NCBI GenBank assembly: GCA_039586795.1
Contig: JBDHJS010000010.1
Location: 1-64,000, forward strand
Source: Gemmatimonadota bacterium
Lineage (GTDB): Bacteria > Gemmatimonadota > Gemmatimonadetes > Palauibacterales > KS3-K002
Direction of reading: 5' to 3'
Length of the DNA: 64,000 nucleotides
Shown here: one piece after another, positions 38,134 through 47,803 of the stretch
Layout: each line of letters begins with the position of its first letter
Position numbering within the stretch: position 1 is the first letter of the stretch
Made by a program: the position numbers and the translations under genes
Notes under the pieces: generated by a model
What the model was told of the DNA's origin: nothing
The model's database searches: none
What the model saw: only the letters and a program-made list of their open reading frames with translations

Positions 38134-38787
38134 GTGACGGAAGCAACGAAGACACAGCGGCGCACGCTCTCTCCCGGAGAAGAGCTCGCGAACACCATCA
38201 GCCACGGCGCCGCGCTAGCGCTGGCGATCGCCGCACTTCCTATCCTTATTGTCTCCGCGGTGCGCGACGGCGGCGCCGGTAGGATCGTCGGGGCGACGAT
38301 CTTCGGCACCACGATGGTGCTGCTCTATCTGACATCGACGCTATACCACGCGCTGCCGCCCAGCCGGGCGAAGCGGGTGTTCCGGATGCTCGATCACGGA
38401 GCGATCTATCTGCTAATCGCCGGCACCTATACCCCGTTCACCCTGGGCGCGCTCAGCGGCGCATGGGGCTGGGTGCTGTTCGGGATCGTTTGGGGTCTGG
38501 CGCTTACCGGAATCGTAGCGAAGGCGATCGGCGGTCCACGCCACCTGACGCTATCAACCATCCTCTACATCGGCATGGGCTGGCTGGTGCTCATCGCTAT
38601 CCGCCCGCTACTGCTCAACGTGCCGACCTCGGGTGTGATCTGGTTGCTGGCAGGCGGTCTGGCCTACACAGCTGGCGTAGCGTTTTACAGGGCGCGGCAC
38701 ATGCGATACAGCCACTTCGTGTGGCACCTGTTCGTAATCGCAGGTACGGCGTGCCACTTCGCCGCGGTGCGGTGGTACTCCGCCTGA
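38134..38787 (+). CDS. trhA: Hemolysin III / PAQR family membrane protein
   Basis: EELANTISHG, STLYH, LDHGAIYLLIAGTYTP, HFVWHLFV. Confidence 0.88.
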   Translation: MTEATKTQRRTLSPGEELANTISHGAALALAIAALPILIVSAVRDGGAGRIVGATIFGTTMVLLYLTSTLYHALPPSRAKRVFRMLDHGAIYLLIAGTYTPFTLGALSGAWGWVLFGIVWGLALTGIVAKAIGGPRHLTLSTILYIGMGWLVLIAIRPLLLNVPTSGVIWLLAGGLAYTAGVAFYRARHMRYSHFVWHLFVIAGTACHFAAVRWYSA

Positions 38788-38809
38788 TAACTCTCCAGCT
38801 CTTCTAACG

Positions 38810-39421
38810 ATGGCGAAGAAAAAAGACCGAACCAAGACGAAGGGGATCCTGATACGCTGGGCGCGAACCTACGACGCGCTGAATCGACTTCATTTTCTCG
38901 GGAAAGAGAACGAGTTTCGAGAGTGGACGATCGAGCTTGCCGGGATCGCCGATGGTGACTCGGTGTTGGACGTCGGGTGTGGAACCGGCAACCTGACGCT
39001 GGTGGCGAAAGCGACGGCGGGGCCTGGGGGCGAGGTGGTCGGCATCGACGGAGCCGAGCAGATGATAAAGGAAGCGGAACGGAAGGCCACCGCTCGAAAA
39101 GCGGGTGCATACTTTCAGGTCGGCCTGATCGAAGACATCCCTTTCCCCGATCATCGATTCGACGTCGTGTTGAGCAGCCTCATGCTGCACCACTTGCCAA
39201 AGGACCTCAAGCGGCGCGGGATAGCAGAGATCGCTCGCGTCCTGAAGCCCGGCGGACGGTTTATTGCCGTCGACGTCGACCCTCCTTTGATGGGAAACAT
39301 ACGGACTGCGATCGATGCCATGGTGGCGAACGGTTTCACTACGATACGTCGTGGCAAAGCGGGGTTCCGCACGTTGTGGATCCCCATCCACTACCTGAGA
39401 GGGACAGCCGCGGAGGTGTGA
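38810..39421 (+). CDS. Class I SAM-dependent methyltransferase
   Basis: VLDVGCGTG, FDVVLSSLMLHH, RVLKPGG. Confidence 0.88.
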   Translation: MAKKKDRTKTKGILIRWARTYDALNRLHFLGKENEFREWTIELAGIADGDSVLDVGCGTGNLTLVAKATAGPGGEVVGIDGAEQMIKEAERKATARKAGAYFQVGLIEDIPFPDHRFDVVLSSLMLHHLPKDLKRRGIAEIARVLKPGGRFIAVDVDPPLMGNIRTAIDAMVANGFTTIRRGKAGFRTLWIPIHYLRGTAAEV

Positions 39422-39425
39422 CTAC

Positions 39426-39791
39426 ATGAGGCGAGTTCTGATGACCGCTGCGCTGACGGTTCTCGTAATTGGCTGCGCGACCGAACGGCCGGATGGAAAC
39501 GCTGACGAGGTAGGTGCCGAATCGACTTACGATCTTCAGACCGAGAGCGTACCGGCGAACCTGAGACACCTCATTGCGCTGGCTGAGAAGTGGGGGATCG
39601 GCGATGATGTGGAACGGGGAGAGTTCATCGAGAGCGCTACAGCGGAAGAACGGCAGGAGCTGATCGATGCGATAACTCCGTATCAAAGCGCTATCACCGC
39701 CTGGCTCGACACGTTCGGCACCAATCCTCTTAGCGATGAAGCGGCGGCGTTCCTCTACATGCAGCTAGCGGTAGAGGAGATGCCCAACTAG
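39426..39791 (+). CDS. Hypothetical lipoprotein
   Basis: LVIGC lipobox; WGIGDD motif. Confidence 0.6.
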   Translation: MRRVLMTAALTVLVIGCATERPDGNADEVGAESTYDLQTESVPANLRHLIALAEKWGIGDDVERGEFIESATAEERQELIDAITPYQSAITAWLDTFGTNPLSDEAAAFLYMQLAVEEMPN

Positions 39792-41335
39792 AGCAGCACC
39801 GGCATCCCCATCGCCGGCCAGATTAGCCACACAAAAAGCGCCAGCACGATGATCAGCAGCACGCTGGCGGGGATTCCGGCCTTGAAGAACTCCGCCGTCG
39901 TGAACTGATTGCTGGCGTAGGCGATGGCGTTGGGCGCGGCGCCGACGAGCAGTAGGAAGGGCATGCCCGCTGCAACCAACGACGCAAACAGAATGACCTC
40001 AGGAGCTACACCGACATAGGGAGCGATCACCAGCGCGACCGGCACCGTAATGGCGATCGCGGCGACGTTCATGATCAGGTTGGTCATCACGAGGACAAAC
40101 GTCGCGACGCCGAGCACGAAGAAGAGCCAGTGTGTGCCCTGCAACAGTCCCAGCCACTTGATTGCCATCCATTCCGCAGCTCCCGTCTGCCACAGGCAAA
40201 GGCCGATGCTCATCGCCCCTCCGAAAAGCAGGACGATATTCCACGAGGTGTTTTCGAGATCGTCCAGCGACACGATGCGGAAGACGAAGAACAGCACGGT
40301 GGCTACGAGGATTATCGCGCTCTTATCGAGCGGCTCCAGCGCCGGGATGAATGAGCGCAAACTCAGAAGAACGATCGTGCCCGCCACGATCGCCACCGAG
40401 AGTAGCTCGTTGCGGCTAATCGGACCAAGCCTGTCGTACAAGCGCTTCACGCGTTCCCGCAGGCCGGGAATCGTCTTCTCCTCGGGCGGATAGTAGATCA
40501 TGAAGTAGATCCATATCAGGACCGTCATCACGACTCCCACCGGCAGCATGTAGTAGCTCAGCTCGAAGAAGCTGACCGGTCGCCCCGTGATGTCACGAAA
40601 GAAACCGATCGCCACCGCGCCGCGGGCCGCCCCGAGCAACGTGATGATGCTGCCCGCGCCAGCAACGAAGGCCATCCCCATGAACAGGCCTTTGCCAAAT
40701 CGCGTCGGTTCGCTCTCGTCCGTATACAGAGCGTAGATAGCCAGGAACAGTGGAAATACGGTGGCGGCCACGGCGGTGTGCGCCATGACGAGCGTGAGCG
40801 ACGCCGTCATGATGTAGCACCCGAAATAGATCATTGCGGTTCGCTCTCCCACCAGAGAGAGCATCTTGTACGCCAGGCGGCGTGTCAGCCCCGTCTTTGT
40901 GAAGACCATCCCAAACGTCAGCGACCCGAAGATGAACCAGACCGACGGGTCCATGAAGTCGGTGAACGCATCGCGCGCCGGCCGGATCAGGAAGAGCGCT
41001 TGGACGACGCCGATGGCGATGGCGGTTACACCGATGGGTATGACCTCGGTGACCCACCAGGTCGCAGCGAGGAAGAAGAGGGCGAGCGCGGCCTTCCCTT
41101 CCCGTGTCAGGTGAAAGACCTCTCCCTGAGGGTCTACCGCGGGTCTTGGCGTGGGAGAGAAATAGACCAGGGCGAAGAGCGCAACACCGAGCAGGATGAA
41201 GGCGAGTCGCTTCCAGTCGACCTCTGTGTCTTCCTTGGTGCCCTTCGCGCGAGCAAATTCGACCGCTCCGGCTCCGGCCTTCGATCCGACGCCGGGCACG
41301 GTTGTCACTGCCTTAGACAACGCCTCATCGGCCAT
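39788..41335 (-). CDS. SLC13/DASS family anion (sulfate/dicarboxylate) transporter
   Basis: WWVTEVIP, GLTRRLA, WNIVLLFGGA, APNAIAY; multi-TM. Confidence 0.85.
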   Translation of the reverse strand: MADEALSKAVTTVPGVGSKAGAGAVEFARAKGTKEDTEVDWKRLAFILLGVALFALVYFSPTPRPAVDPQGEVFHLTREGKAALALFFLAATWWVTEVIPIGVTAIAIGVVQALFLIRPARDAFTDFMDPSVWFIFGSLTFGMVFTKTGLTRRLAYKMLSLVGERTAMIYFGCYIMTASLTLVMAHTAVAATVFPLFLAIYALYTDESEPTRFGKGLFMGMAFVAGAGSIITLLGAARGAVAIGFFRDITGRPVSFFELSYYMLPVGVVMTVLIWIYFMIYYPPEEKTIPGLRERVKRLYDRLGPISRNELLSVAIVAGTIVLLSLRSFIPALEPLDKSAIILVATVLFFVFRIVSLDDLENTSWNIVLLFGGAMSIGLCLWQTGAAEWMAIKWLGLLQGTHWLFFVLGVATFVLVMTNLIMNVAAIAITVPVALVIAPYVGVAPEVILFASLVAAGMPFLLLVGAAPNAIAYASNQFTTAEFFKAGIPASVLLIIVLALFVWLIWPAMGMPVLL

Positions 41336-41376
41336 GTGACTATGACCTCACAGCAACCTCCCGTAGAAGGCCGCGA

Positions 41377-41913
41377 TTATTTCAGCAGTTGGGCCAGATC
41401 GCGAAAGACATCGACCGACCTCACCACCCCAACGAGCTGACCGCCCTGGAGTACAGGGATCAAGTTCACATCGAGGGCGACCATCGCCTGGACGGCCTTC
41501 ATCACGTGGTCGTCGGCATCGAGTATCGCCTCGATCGGATTCATTACATCGCTTATCGGCCTATCTGCCTGCTCTCTAATGCCTCGCACGACACGATCGT
41601 AAGACAGCTCGGCGAGGTTTGGATCCACGTCTATGTCGAAGAGCTTCTTCTTGTATTCCAGCGGTTTGCTCAACAGGTACTTTGGCTCCAGGCCACGCAT
41701 GATGTCCCGGCGCCGAACGGTTCCGACCAGCACGTTGATCTGGTCAAACACAAGGAGTACTCGAGGCAAAGATTTGCGCGTTTCGACCTCCAGCTGCGCC
41801 TCCTCGATGACCTGGATCGCCTCTCGTAAGGTGGAGTTATCTTGCACCGAGGGGTACTGCTCGACTGGAATCATGACCTCTTTGACTCGCCTCATTACTT
41901 CCACGATAGTCAC
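41377..41913 (-). CDS. CBS domain protein
   Basis: VKEVMIP, LVG.V...DI, IPVL...LVGVVR..D. Confidence 0.85.
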   Translation of the reverse strand: MTIVEVMRRVKEVMIPVEQYPSVQDNSTLREAIQVIEEAQLEVETRKSLPRVLLVFDQINVLVGTVRRRDIMRGLEPKYLLSKPLEYKKKLFDIDVDPNLAELSYDRVVRGIREQADRPISDVMNPIEAILDADDHVMKAVQAMVALDVNLIPVLQGGQLVGVVRSVDVFRDLAQLLK

Positions 41914-42341
41914 CAGCCCTTCTTGCGCATGATCTCTGACATCTTGTCCTCGATTCGCTTCTCCGTGAGCGAGGATCTCTTCGTCGCGGCCTCCTCGATC
42001 TTCTCCACTAATGTCCCGATGTCCGCGGGCTTCTCAAGAAAGTCCAGCGCCCCAAGCTTCATCGCCTCGACGGCCTGACCTAACGTCGCACGACCCGTCA
42101 GCAGGATGACCTGAAGATCGGGGTTGATCTTCAGTAGCTGCTTCAGAGTCTCTATACCGTCCATCCCGGGCATTGCCATATCGAGCAGAATGGCATCGAA
42201 CGGCCTTTGAGCGGCCTTCTCCAACGCGACTTCACCGTTTTCAGCGGTTTCTACAGCAAGACCTCGCGCTTCTAGCCGTTCCGCAAGGACCTCGACGAAG
42301 TCCACCTCGTCATCGACGAGGAGAACGGTGCGTTCGCTCAT
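41910..42341 (-). CDS. Stand-alone response regulator receiver
   Basis: LLVDDE, LDMAMPGMDG, LTG, KP. Confidence 0.9.
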   Translation of the reverse strand: MSERTVLLVDDEVDFVEVLAERLEARGLAVETAENGEVALEKAAQRPFDAILLDMAMPGMDGIETLKQLLKINPDLQVILLTGRATLGQAVEAMKLGALDFLEKPADIGTLVEKIEEAATKRSSLTEKRIEDKMSEIMRKKGW

Positions 42342-42718
42342 CCTTCATCCTCCCCGCGAGATGCAGCGGCAAGCAGGGCCTTCACCAAGTCGTCGATCTG
42401 CACCGGCTTCATGAGATAATCGTACGCTCCCAGCTCTTTGCCTTTCTCCGCATCCTCCGCCGAGCTCCAACCGGTGAGCAGGATCACTTCTAGTTCCGGT
42501 CGTTGTTCCTTGATCCGCTTGGTCAACTCCAACCCACCCAGCCCCGGCATCTTGACGTCCAGCAGCACCACGTCGCACGGATTCTCCTCCAGGTAGGCAA
42601 GCGCGGCCGCGCCGGTGGTGACGCCCTCGGCCTGGAAACCCCGCAGGTTTAGACGCTGCTCCAAAGCACTAACGAGCTCGTCTTCGTCATCCACGATCAG
42701 AACACGCAAGGGTTCCAT
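42338..42718 (-). CDS. Stand-alone response regulator receiver
   Basis: LIVDDE, LDVKMPG, LTG, KP. Confidence 0.9.
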   Translation of the reverse strand: MEPLRVLIVDDEDELVSALEQRLNLRGFQAEGVTTGAAALAYLEENPCDVVLLDVKMPGLGGLELTKRIKEQRPELEVILLTGWSSAEDAEKGKELGAYDYLMKPVQIDDLVKALLAAASRGEDEG

Positions 42719-42727
42719 ATCCGGCTC

Positions 42728-44488
42728 CTAGGCGTGCGCCCGCCGCATCGGCAGCGTGACGGTGAAGCAAGTTCCCTGCCCTACCTTGCTCTTTACCGTG
42801 ATTTGCCCGCCCAGCTTCTGGACGATTCCGTAAGTAATGGAAAGACCGAGGCCTGTACCCGCGCCCTTTTTGGTGGTGAAGAACGGATCGAAGATATGTG
42901 CGATCTCATCCTCGGGGATGCCGACGCCATCATCGGTTATACTTACTGCTACCGAGTCTTCCTCTGTCTTTTCGATCTCTATGTCGATGCGTCCACCTTC
43001 GTCGACCGCGGCGAAGGCGTTGTTCACGATATTCAAGAATACCTGCTGCAGCTGCCCCCGATCGCTGACGACGGGAGGTGGCGGCTCCGAATGCATGAAG
43101 ACCACTCGAATCTCTCGGTAGGTGGCTTCCTTTTCCAGGAACTCCAGAACTTCTCTCAGAAGCTCATCGAGGTCGATGGTCGTCCACTGCACCTCCATAT
43201 GTTTGGCAAACCCCAGCAGCCTATGCGTAATGCTGCCGCAGCGCTCCGCCGACTTAAGCACGGAGTTCAGCAGTGGCATTAGCTTATCTTTCGCAGGCGT
43301 CTCCTCGGATAGCGTCAACAGATCCTTTAGTAGCCCGGCCTTCTGCGTGATGATCGACAGCGGGTTATTGATCTCATGTGCTACACCGGCACCAAGGCGT
43401 CCGATCGCCGCCATCTTGTTGGAGTATTCTATTTTGTGGTAGAGCGCCGCGCGTTTTGTATCCGCGTCGCGAACACGACTCACCGTGTAGATCGATCCCC
43501 AGATGACCACCGCCAGTATCAGCACCACACTCGCCGCGGGAAAAACCAGCAGGTCGCGACGCAAGGGCAGCCAGCCCGCGTGCAGCGCCACCCGCGGGCT
43601 CAAGACCACGAGCGTGAACGGCGAGTTCTCGATGTGGGCGTAGCTGACGATCAGCGGCTCTCCCTGCTCATCCTCCAGGTCGACAAGCTCCGCCTGCCTG
43701 CTATAGGGGAGCTGCGGCAACGGGGTGGGTTCGAGCACCTCACCGTAGAGCCTGGATGAGCTTTGCAGGATGCCTTCGGCATTGATGATGAATGCGTCAC
43801 TGAACGGCTGCACCCCCAACGAGTGGCACCGTCGACACACCGGATCCTGTTCCGGGCGTCGTGCCGATCGAGCTCTCACCAGCCAGTGGAATGCGTCCGT
43901 GTCGATTGTCACACGAAGCACGTATCGATGTCCCTCTGGGTCATCATGACGGATTGCGACAATGATGTGCGGGAGGTCTCTAAAGCCGCGGAAAACCTCG
44001 CTCACATAAGCTCCGCGGTCGCTGACTGCACGGAACCAGTCTTCGTTCGCGTAGTTCACCGCCGTCGGCTCACGCGGACCGGCGAAAGCCGTTTGCGTAC
44101 CTTCCTCGTTGATCAGTCCGATGTCGATCACTCCGCCAAACGTCTGGTTCAGATTAGCGAGCAGCGAGCTCAGCCTTTCGGCTTCGCCCAGCTCGTCGTA
44201 CGTCTCCTCCCGAGTGACCATCGCCAGGGCCGATTGGCGCTCGGAGAGATACGACTCGATCGACAGTTTTCCCGCAGCGGCGAATCGAAGCATCGGCCTG
44301 GTTAGCTCGGACCGGAACGCTTCCTGGTACTGGTTATAGGTTATCGTGGACATGATAAGGAACGGCACGATGGCTACAGAGCTGACCGAAAGCACTGCGA
44401 CGAGAACCATCTTTCGGTAGCGCCGCCGAGAGATCAGATGATCCAGATCTTCCTGGGTTCCTACTTGCTTCGCGTCGTCCAGTATCAC
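42728..44488 (-). CDS. Membrane sensor histidine kinase (NtrB-like) with Cache-like extracytoplasmic domain containing CxxCH
   Basis: Two TM segments, GVAHEINNPL H-box, N box, DDGVG, FDPFFTTK, GTGLGL; CRRCH at 43823-43837. Confidence 0.9.
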   Translation of the reverse strand: MILDDAKQVGTQEDLDHLISRRRYRKMVLVAVLSVSSVAIVPFLIMSTITYNQYQEAFRSELTRPMLRFAAAGKLSIESYLSERQSALAMVTREETYDELGEAERLSSLLANLNQTFGGVIDIGLINEEGTQTAFAGPREPTAVNYANEDWFRAVSDRGAYVSEVFRGFRDLPHIIVAIRHDDPEGHRYVLRVTIDTDAFHWLVRARSARRPEQDPVCRRCHSLGVQPFSDAFIINAEGILQSSSRLYGEVLEPTPLPQLPYSRQAELVDLEDEQGEPLIVSYAHIENSPFTLVVLSPRVALHAGWLPLRRDLLVFPAASVVLILAVVIWGSIYTVSRVRDADTKRAALYHKIEYSNKMAAIGRLGAGVAHEINNPLSIITQKAGLLKDLLTLSEETPAKDKLMPLLNSVLKSAERCGSITHRLLGFAKHMEVQWTTIDLDELLREVLEFLEKEATYREIRVVFMHSEPPPPVVSDRGQLQQVFLNIVNNAFAAVDEGGRIDIEIEKTEEDSVAVSITDDGVGIPEDEIAHIFDPFFTTKKGAGTGLGLSITYGIVQKLGGQITVKSKVGQGTCFTVTLPMRRAHA

Positions 44489-44498
44489 CGCAGCACCT

Positions 44499-45422
44499 CT
44501 AGTCCGACTTCTTGCCGGAATGACCGGCGCTCCTTACAACTTCCATTAGGTCATTAATGTCGACCGGCTTCCGAAGATAATCAAAGGCTCCCAAGCGTAG
44601 CGCTTCCTTTTCGTCCTGGTCGGAGCCGTGCCCAGTCATGATGATCACTTCCATCTGTGGATAGGTTCTCTTCACCCTGCGCAGCACTTCCATCCCGTCG
44701 ATGCCAGGCATGCGCAGATCGAGGACCATGACGTCGGGGACCTCTTCCTCTAGCATCAGCAGCGCCTGCTCCCCGTTCAGGGCAACTTCGCTGCCGACCT
44801 CGCGCATCTCCATCCGCTCCGCCATCGTATGAACGAAGTCTTCCTCATCATCGACAAACAGGACTTTGAGCGTATCGGCCGGCAACTCGCCGGCGCCGGT
44901 CGACGGTTCGGCCGCACCTCTATCTTTCTCTGCGGAGTCCTCTTCTAGCGCCTCCAACGCTGCATCCGGTACGCCCGCCTCCGCGAAGGCCGCCGCCGTC
45001 ATACTCTTGTCGAATTCTTCCTGCGAGTCTTTTAGGAACTCGACGGCCGCTTTCAGGCTCTTGGCCCAGGCGGAGCGGACGGTGTTCAGGAGTTGGCTGG
45101 TGTCGGCCGGCTTTTGCAGGTACTCGAACGCGCCGAGTCTACGCGCCTCCTCCTCTTCGAGATCCGACCCGTGGCCCGTTAAGATGATGACTTCAATCTG
45201 GGGATGCTTCTTCTTCACCTGTTCGAGCACCTCCATGCCATCGATGCCGGGCATCCGGAGGTCGAGGACCATCACGTCCGGTGGGTCGTCGTCCAGCATC
45301 TCCAGCGCCTCCTCGCCGCTCAGCGCCACGCGGCTGCCGACATCGCGCATCTCCATTCGCTCGGCCAGCGTCTTGACATAGGCTTCTTCGTCATCGACGA
45401 GCAGCAACTTGATCTTGCTCAT
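44499..45422 (-). CDS. Response regulator with two tandem receiver domains
   Basis: Duplicated VDDEE...PDVMVLDLRMPGIDGMEVL...TGHGS...KP. Confidence 0.9.
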   Translation of the reverse strand: MSKIKLLLVDDEEAYVKTLAERMEMRDVGSRVALSGEEALEMLDDDPPDVMVLDLRMPGIDGMEVLEQVKKKHPQIEVIILTGHGSDLEEEEARRLGAFEYLQKPADTSQLLNTVRSAWAKSLKAAVEFLKDSQEEFDKSMTAAAFAEAGVPDAALEALEEDSAEKDRGAAEPSTGAGELPADTLKVLFVDDEEDFVHTMAERMEMREVGSEVALNGEQALLMLEEEVPDVMVLDLRMPGIDGMEVLRRVKRTYPQMEVIIMTGHGSDQDEKEALRLGAFDYLRKPVDINDLMEVVRSAGHSGKKSD

Positions 45423-45452
45423 TACAATCCTCGTTACAGCCAGGGGTCATTC

Positions 45453-46097
45453 TTAAAGGACGACGCGGAAACCCTGCGTTGAAGCGACTGCCTCGACCGA
45501 TGCGCCCAGGCTTTCGAGAACTCGTGCCAGTCGCTCCCACGCCTTGGCTTGGGTCGGGGAGAGCTTGGTCGGCACGCCGCCCACCGCGCCGTTGAATTCG
45601 AGCGACGGTCGGTCCCCTTCTCGACCGGGATGAACGGTGACCGTGCCACCTTCCTCCAACTGCTCGAAACAGCAGTCAACCGCGGTGCACAGAGCCATCT
45701 GCAGTAATAGCGGATTGGTCACGATCGAGACGTCTTTGTCTCCAGGCTGTGCCTCTATCTCATGCCTCCCCTGTCTCGCCTTGCGCTGGCAGAGAAACGC
45801 GACTTGCTCGACCGCCTGATTGAGAGCGACTTCGTCCTCCACGTGATCCAGGCTATGTGCGAACCTGTTCAGGCAGGTGAGAAGATCCGATCCCCGCTTC
45901 ACCTGCGTTCGTATGCGGTCGACAGCCCGCATCAGCTTGTCGGGGTCCGGTGAGCCAGCTTTGGCTGTCGAGGTCACGATGTCCTCGATCAAACCCGCCG
46001 ATTCCTTGACGATCGCCAGTACATTGCGCAGCTCGTGCGTGGCGCTGGCGGTGATCTTGCCAATGAACGCCGCTTCGCGGTCTTCGGGCGTGCTCAT
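45453..46097 (-). CDS. Histidine kinase-like phosphotransfer protein (H-box, degenerate ATPase domain)
   Basis: SATHELRNVLAI H-box; no N/G1/F/G2 boxes. Confidence 0.65.
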   Translation of the reverse strand: MSTPEDREAAFIGKITASATHELRNVLAIVKESAGLIEDIVTSTAKAGSPDPDKLMRAVDRIRTQVKRGSDLLTCLNRFAHSLDHVEDEVALNQAVEQVAFLCQRKARQGRHEIEAQPGDKDVSIVTNPLLLQMALCTAVDCCFEQLEEGGTVTVHPGREGDRPSLEFNGAVGGVPTKLSPTQAKAWERLARVLESLGASVEAVASTQGFRVVL

Positions 46098-46212
46098 GAC
46101 TACTGTTCCGGTTGTGCGTTGTAGCGCTTATTCATTACGCGATGCGCCTTCGTGCGGGGCTCGCAGGAGGGAACAGACCACCCCAAGATACCATCATAAC
46201 AGACCATTCTTC

Positions 46213-46267
46213 AACCGTGACGAATATCACGGTTGCCGCTTGACAGCGCTCGTTGGAGAGCTAGACT
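46213..46267 (+). promoter_or_regulatory. Palindromic operator AACCGTGA-N6-TCACGGTT next to a sigma70-type promoter (TTGACA-16-TAGACT)
   Basis: Palindrome 46213-46234; -35 at 46240-46245; -10 at 46262-46267; divergent intergenic region. Confidence 0.6.
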
Positions 46268-46295
46268 GGCACTAGACGCCCTAAAGGAGTTAATC

Positions 46296-46943
46296 GTGGC
46301 GATAATCACGATTTCCCGTGGTACGCTGAGTGGCGGAAGGGCAACCGCCGAATGCCTTTCCGACCTGCTCGAGTACCCGTGCGTCGGTCGGGAGATTCTA
46401 CAGGCTGCGGCCAAGAAGTTGGGGGCCTCGGAAGAACTGCTGGCCAAGAAGATGGAAGACCCGCCTTCGCTCTGGGCTCGACTGACCAAGGAACGCAAGA
46501 ACTACCTACTCGCCGTTCAAACCACCTTAGCCGAATACTGTGAGACCGGGAGTCTGGTCTACCACGGGTTGGCCGGTCAATTCCTGCTGCGAGATCTCCC
46601 CGGTGTCTTGTCGGTCCGCCTCATCGCGCCGTTTGATACGCGCGTGCGATCGCTGATGGGCTCACACCACGGCATGACGCAGAAGGCCGCCGAGGAGTTC
46701 ATTCACAACGTGGATGAGGATAGGAAACGCTGGGTCCGATTGATGTACGGCGCCGACGTGGGAGATCTCACGCTGTACGATCTAACCGTTAATCTAGAGT
46801 CGATCTCGCAAGAGACGGCGTGCAAGATCATCGCCGAAGCGGCGGTGCAGCCGCAGTACGAGGTAACGGCCGAAGTGAAAGCGAAGCTCGAAGCGTTCGC
46901 CGCAGCTTGCCGTACGCAGCTTCGCAGTCTGGGGGACGACTAA
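46296..46943 (+). CDS. Cytidylate kinase-like family protein
   Basis: IITISRGTLSGG, VYHG.AG..LL, VRLIAP, YDL.VN; RBS AAGGAG. Confidence 0.8.
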   Translation: MAIITISRGTLSGGRATAECLSDLLEYPCVGREILQAAAKKLGASEELLAKKMEDPPSLWARLTKERKNYLLAVQTTLAEYCETGSLVYHGLAGQFLLRDLPGVLSVRLIAPFDTRVRSLMGSHHGMTQKAAEEFIHNVDEDRKRWVRLMYGADVGDLTLYDLTVNLESISQETACKIIAEAAVQPQYEVTAEVKAKLEAFAAACRTQLRSLGDD

Positions 46944-46946
46944 GCC

Positions 46947-47765
46947 GTGGCGATCATCAGCATTTGTCGGGGGACGAAGAGCGGCGGCCAGGCATTGGCA
47001 GAATGTCTGGCCGAGAAGCTGCAGTACCCCATTGTCGCCCGGGAAGTCGTCCAGGAGGCGTCCGCCGATATCGGTGTATCGGAGAAAGACTTGAGTCGCG
47101 GATTCGAGCGCAGACCGACGATGTGGAATCGGCACGCTTCTGACCGGCGACTTTACATCGCGGCCGTGCAGGCGGCGCTAGCCGAGCACGTCGTGGCGGG
47201 AGACCTGGTTTATCACGGGCGTGCGGGCCAGGTGCTTCTAAGGGGCTTGCCGGGTGTCCTCAAGGTTCGCCTGATCGCTCCGATGGGTGACCGCGTTCGC
47301 AAAGTGATGGAAAGCAGGGAGATGGATGCGGCTACCGCCGAACAGTACATACGGCATGTAGATGGAATCAGAGCGCGTTGGGTCAAGATGATGTACGGCC
47401 AGGACATCGAGGACCCGGTGCTTTACAATATGGTCATCAACCTGAAGACGATGACGGTGCCGTCGGCTTGCGCGGTAGTAAGGCGGGCAGCCGAGCAGCC
47501 GGATTTTGCGATAACGCCCGAGGTGAAGGCGAAATTGGTGGATTTCCGTCTGGCGTGTCGGGTCAAAGTCGCACTGGCAGCCGCACGCGATACGCGTTCC
47601 CTAGATCTTCAGGTTGAGGCAGACGGTGGAGTGATTGAGGTCTTCGGTAGCGTTCCCGCACTGACGTCCGGACAGATGGGCGAGCAAATCGTGGCCGCCG
47701 CACGGTCGGTGCCCGGCGTGGACGAAGTCCGCCTCAAGGTTGAGTGGTTCGACCCGTATCCCTGA
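46947..47765 (+). CDS. Cytidylate kinase-like family protein with C-terminal BON domain
   Basis: Paralog of the upstream gene; C-terminal V.ADGGVIEVFG...VPGVDEV. Confidence 0.8.
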   Translation: MAIISICRGTKSGGQALAECLAEKLQYPIVAREVVQEASADIGVSEKDLSRGFERRPTMWNRHASDRRLYIAAVQAALAEHVVAGDLVYHGRAGQVLLRGLPGVLKVRLIAPMGDRVRKVMESREMDAATAEQYIRHVDGIRARWVKMMYGQDIEDPVLYNMVINLKTMTVPSACAVVRRAAEQPDFAITPEVKAKLVDFRLACRVKVALAAARDTRSLDLQVEADGGVIEVFGSVPALTSGQMGEQIVAAARSVPGVDEVRLKVEWFDPYP

Positions 47766-47803
47766 GCGGTAGACACAGCAGGGAGCGGGTCGAGGAGGAA
47801 GAA

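Noticed and set aside
20291..39791. Intact integron (intI plus attC sites) or CRISPR array
   Set aside because: No tyrosine recombinase, no complete paired R''/L''-L'/R' attC, and no regularly spaced identical repeats; only degenerate hints.
45434..45480. Frameshift at the 3' end of the H-box protein
   Set aside because: The alternative frame would add only about six residues; nothing indicates truncation.
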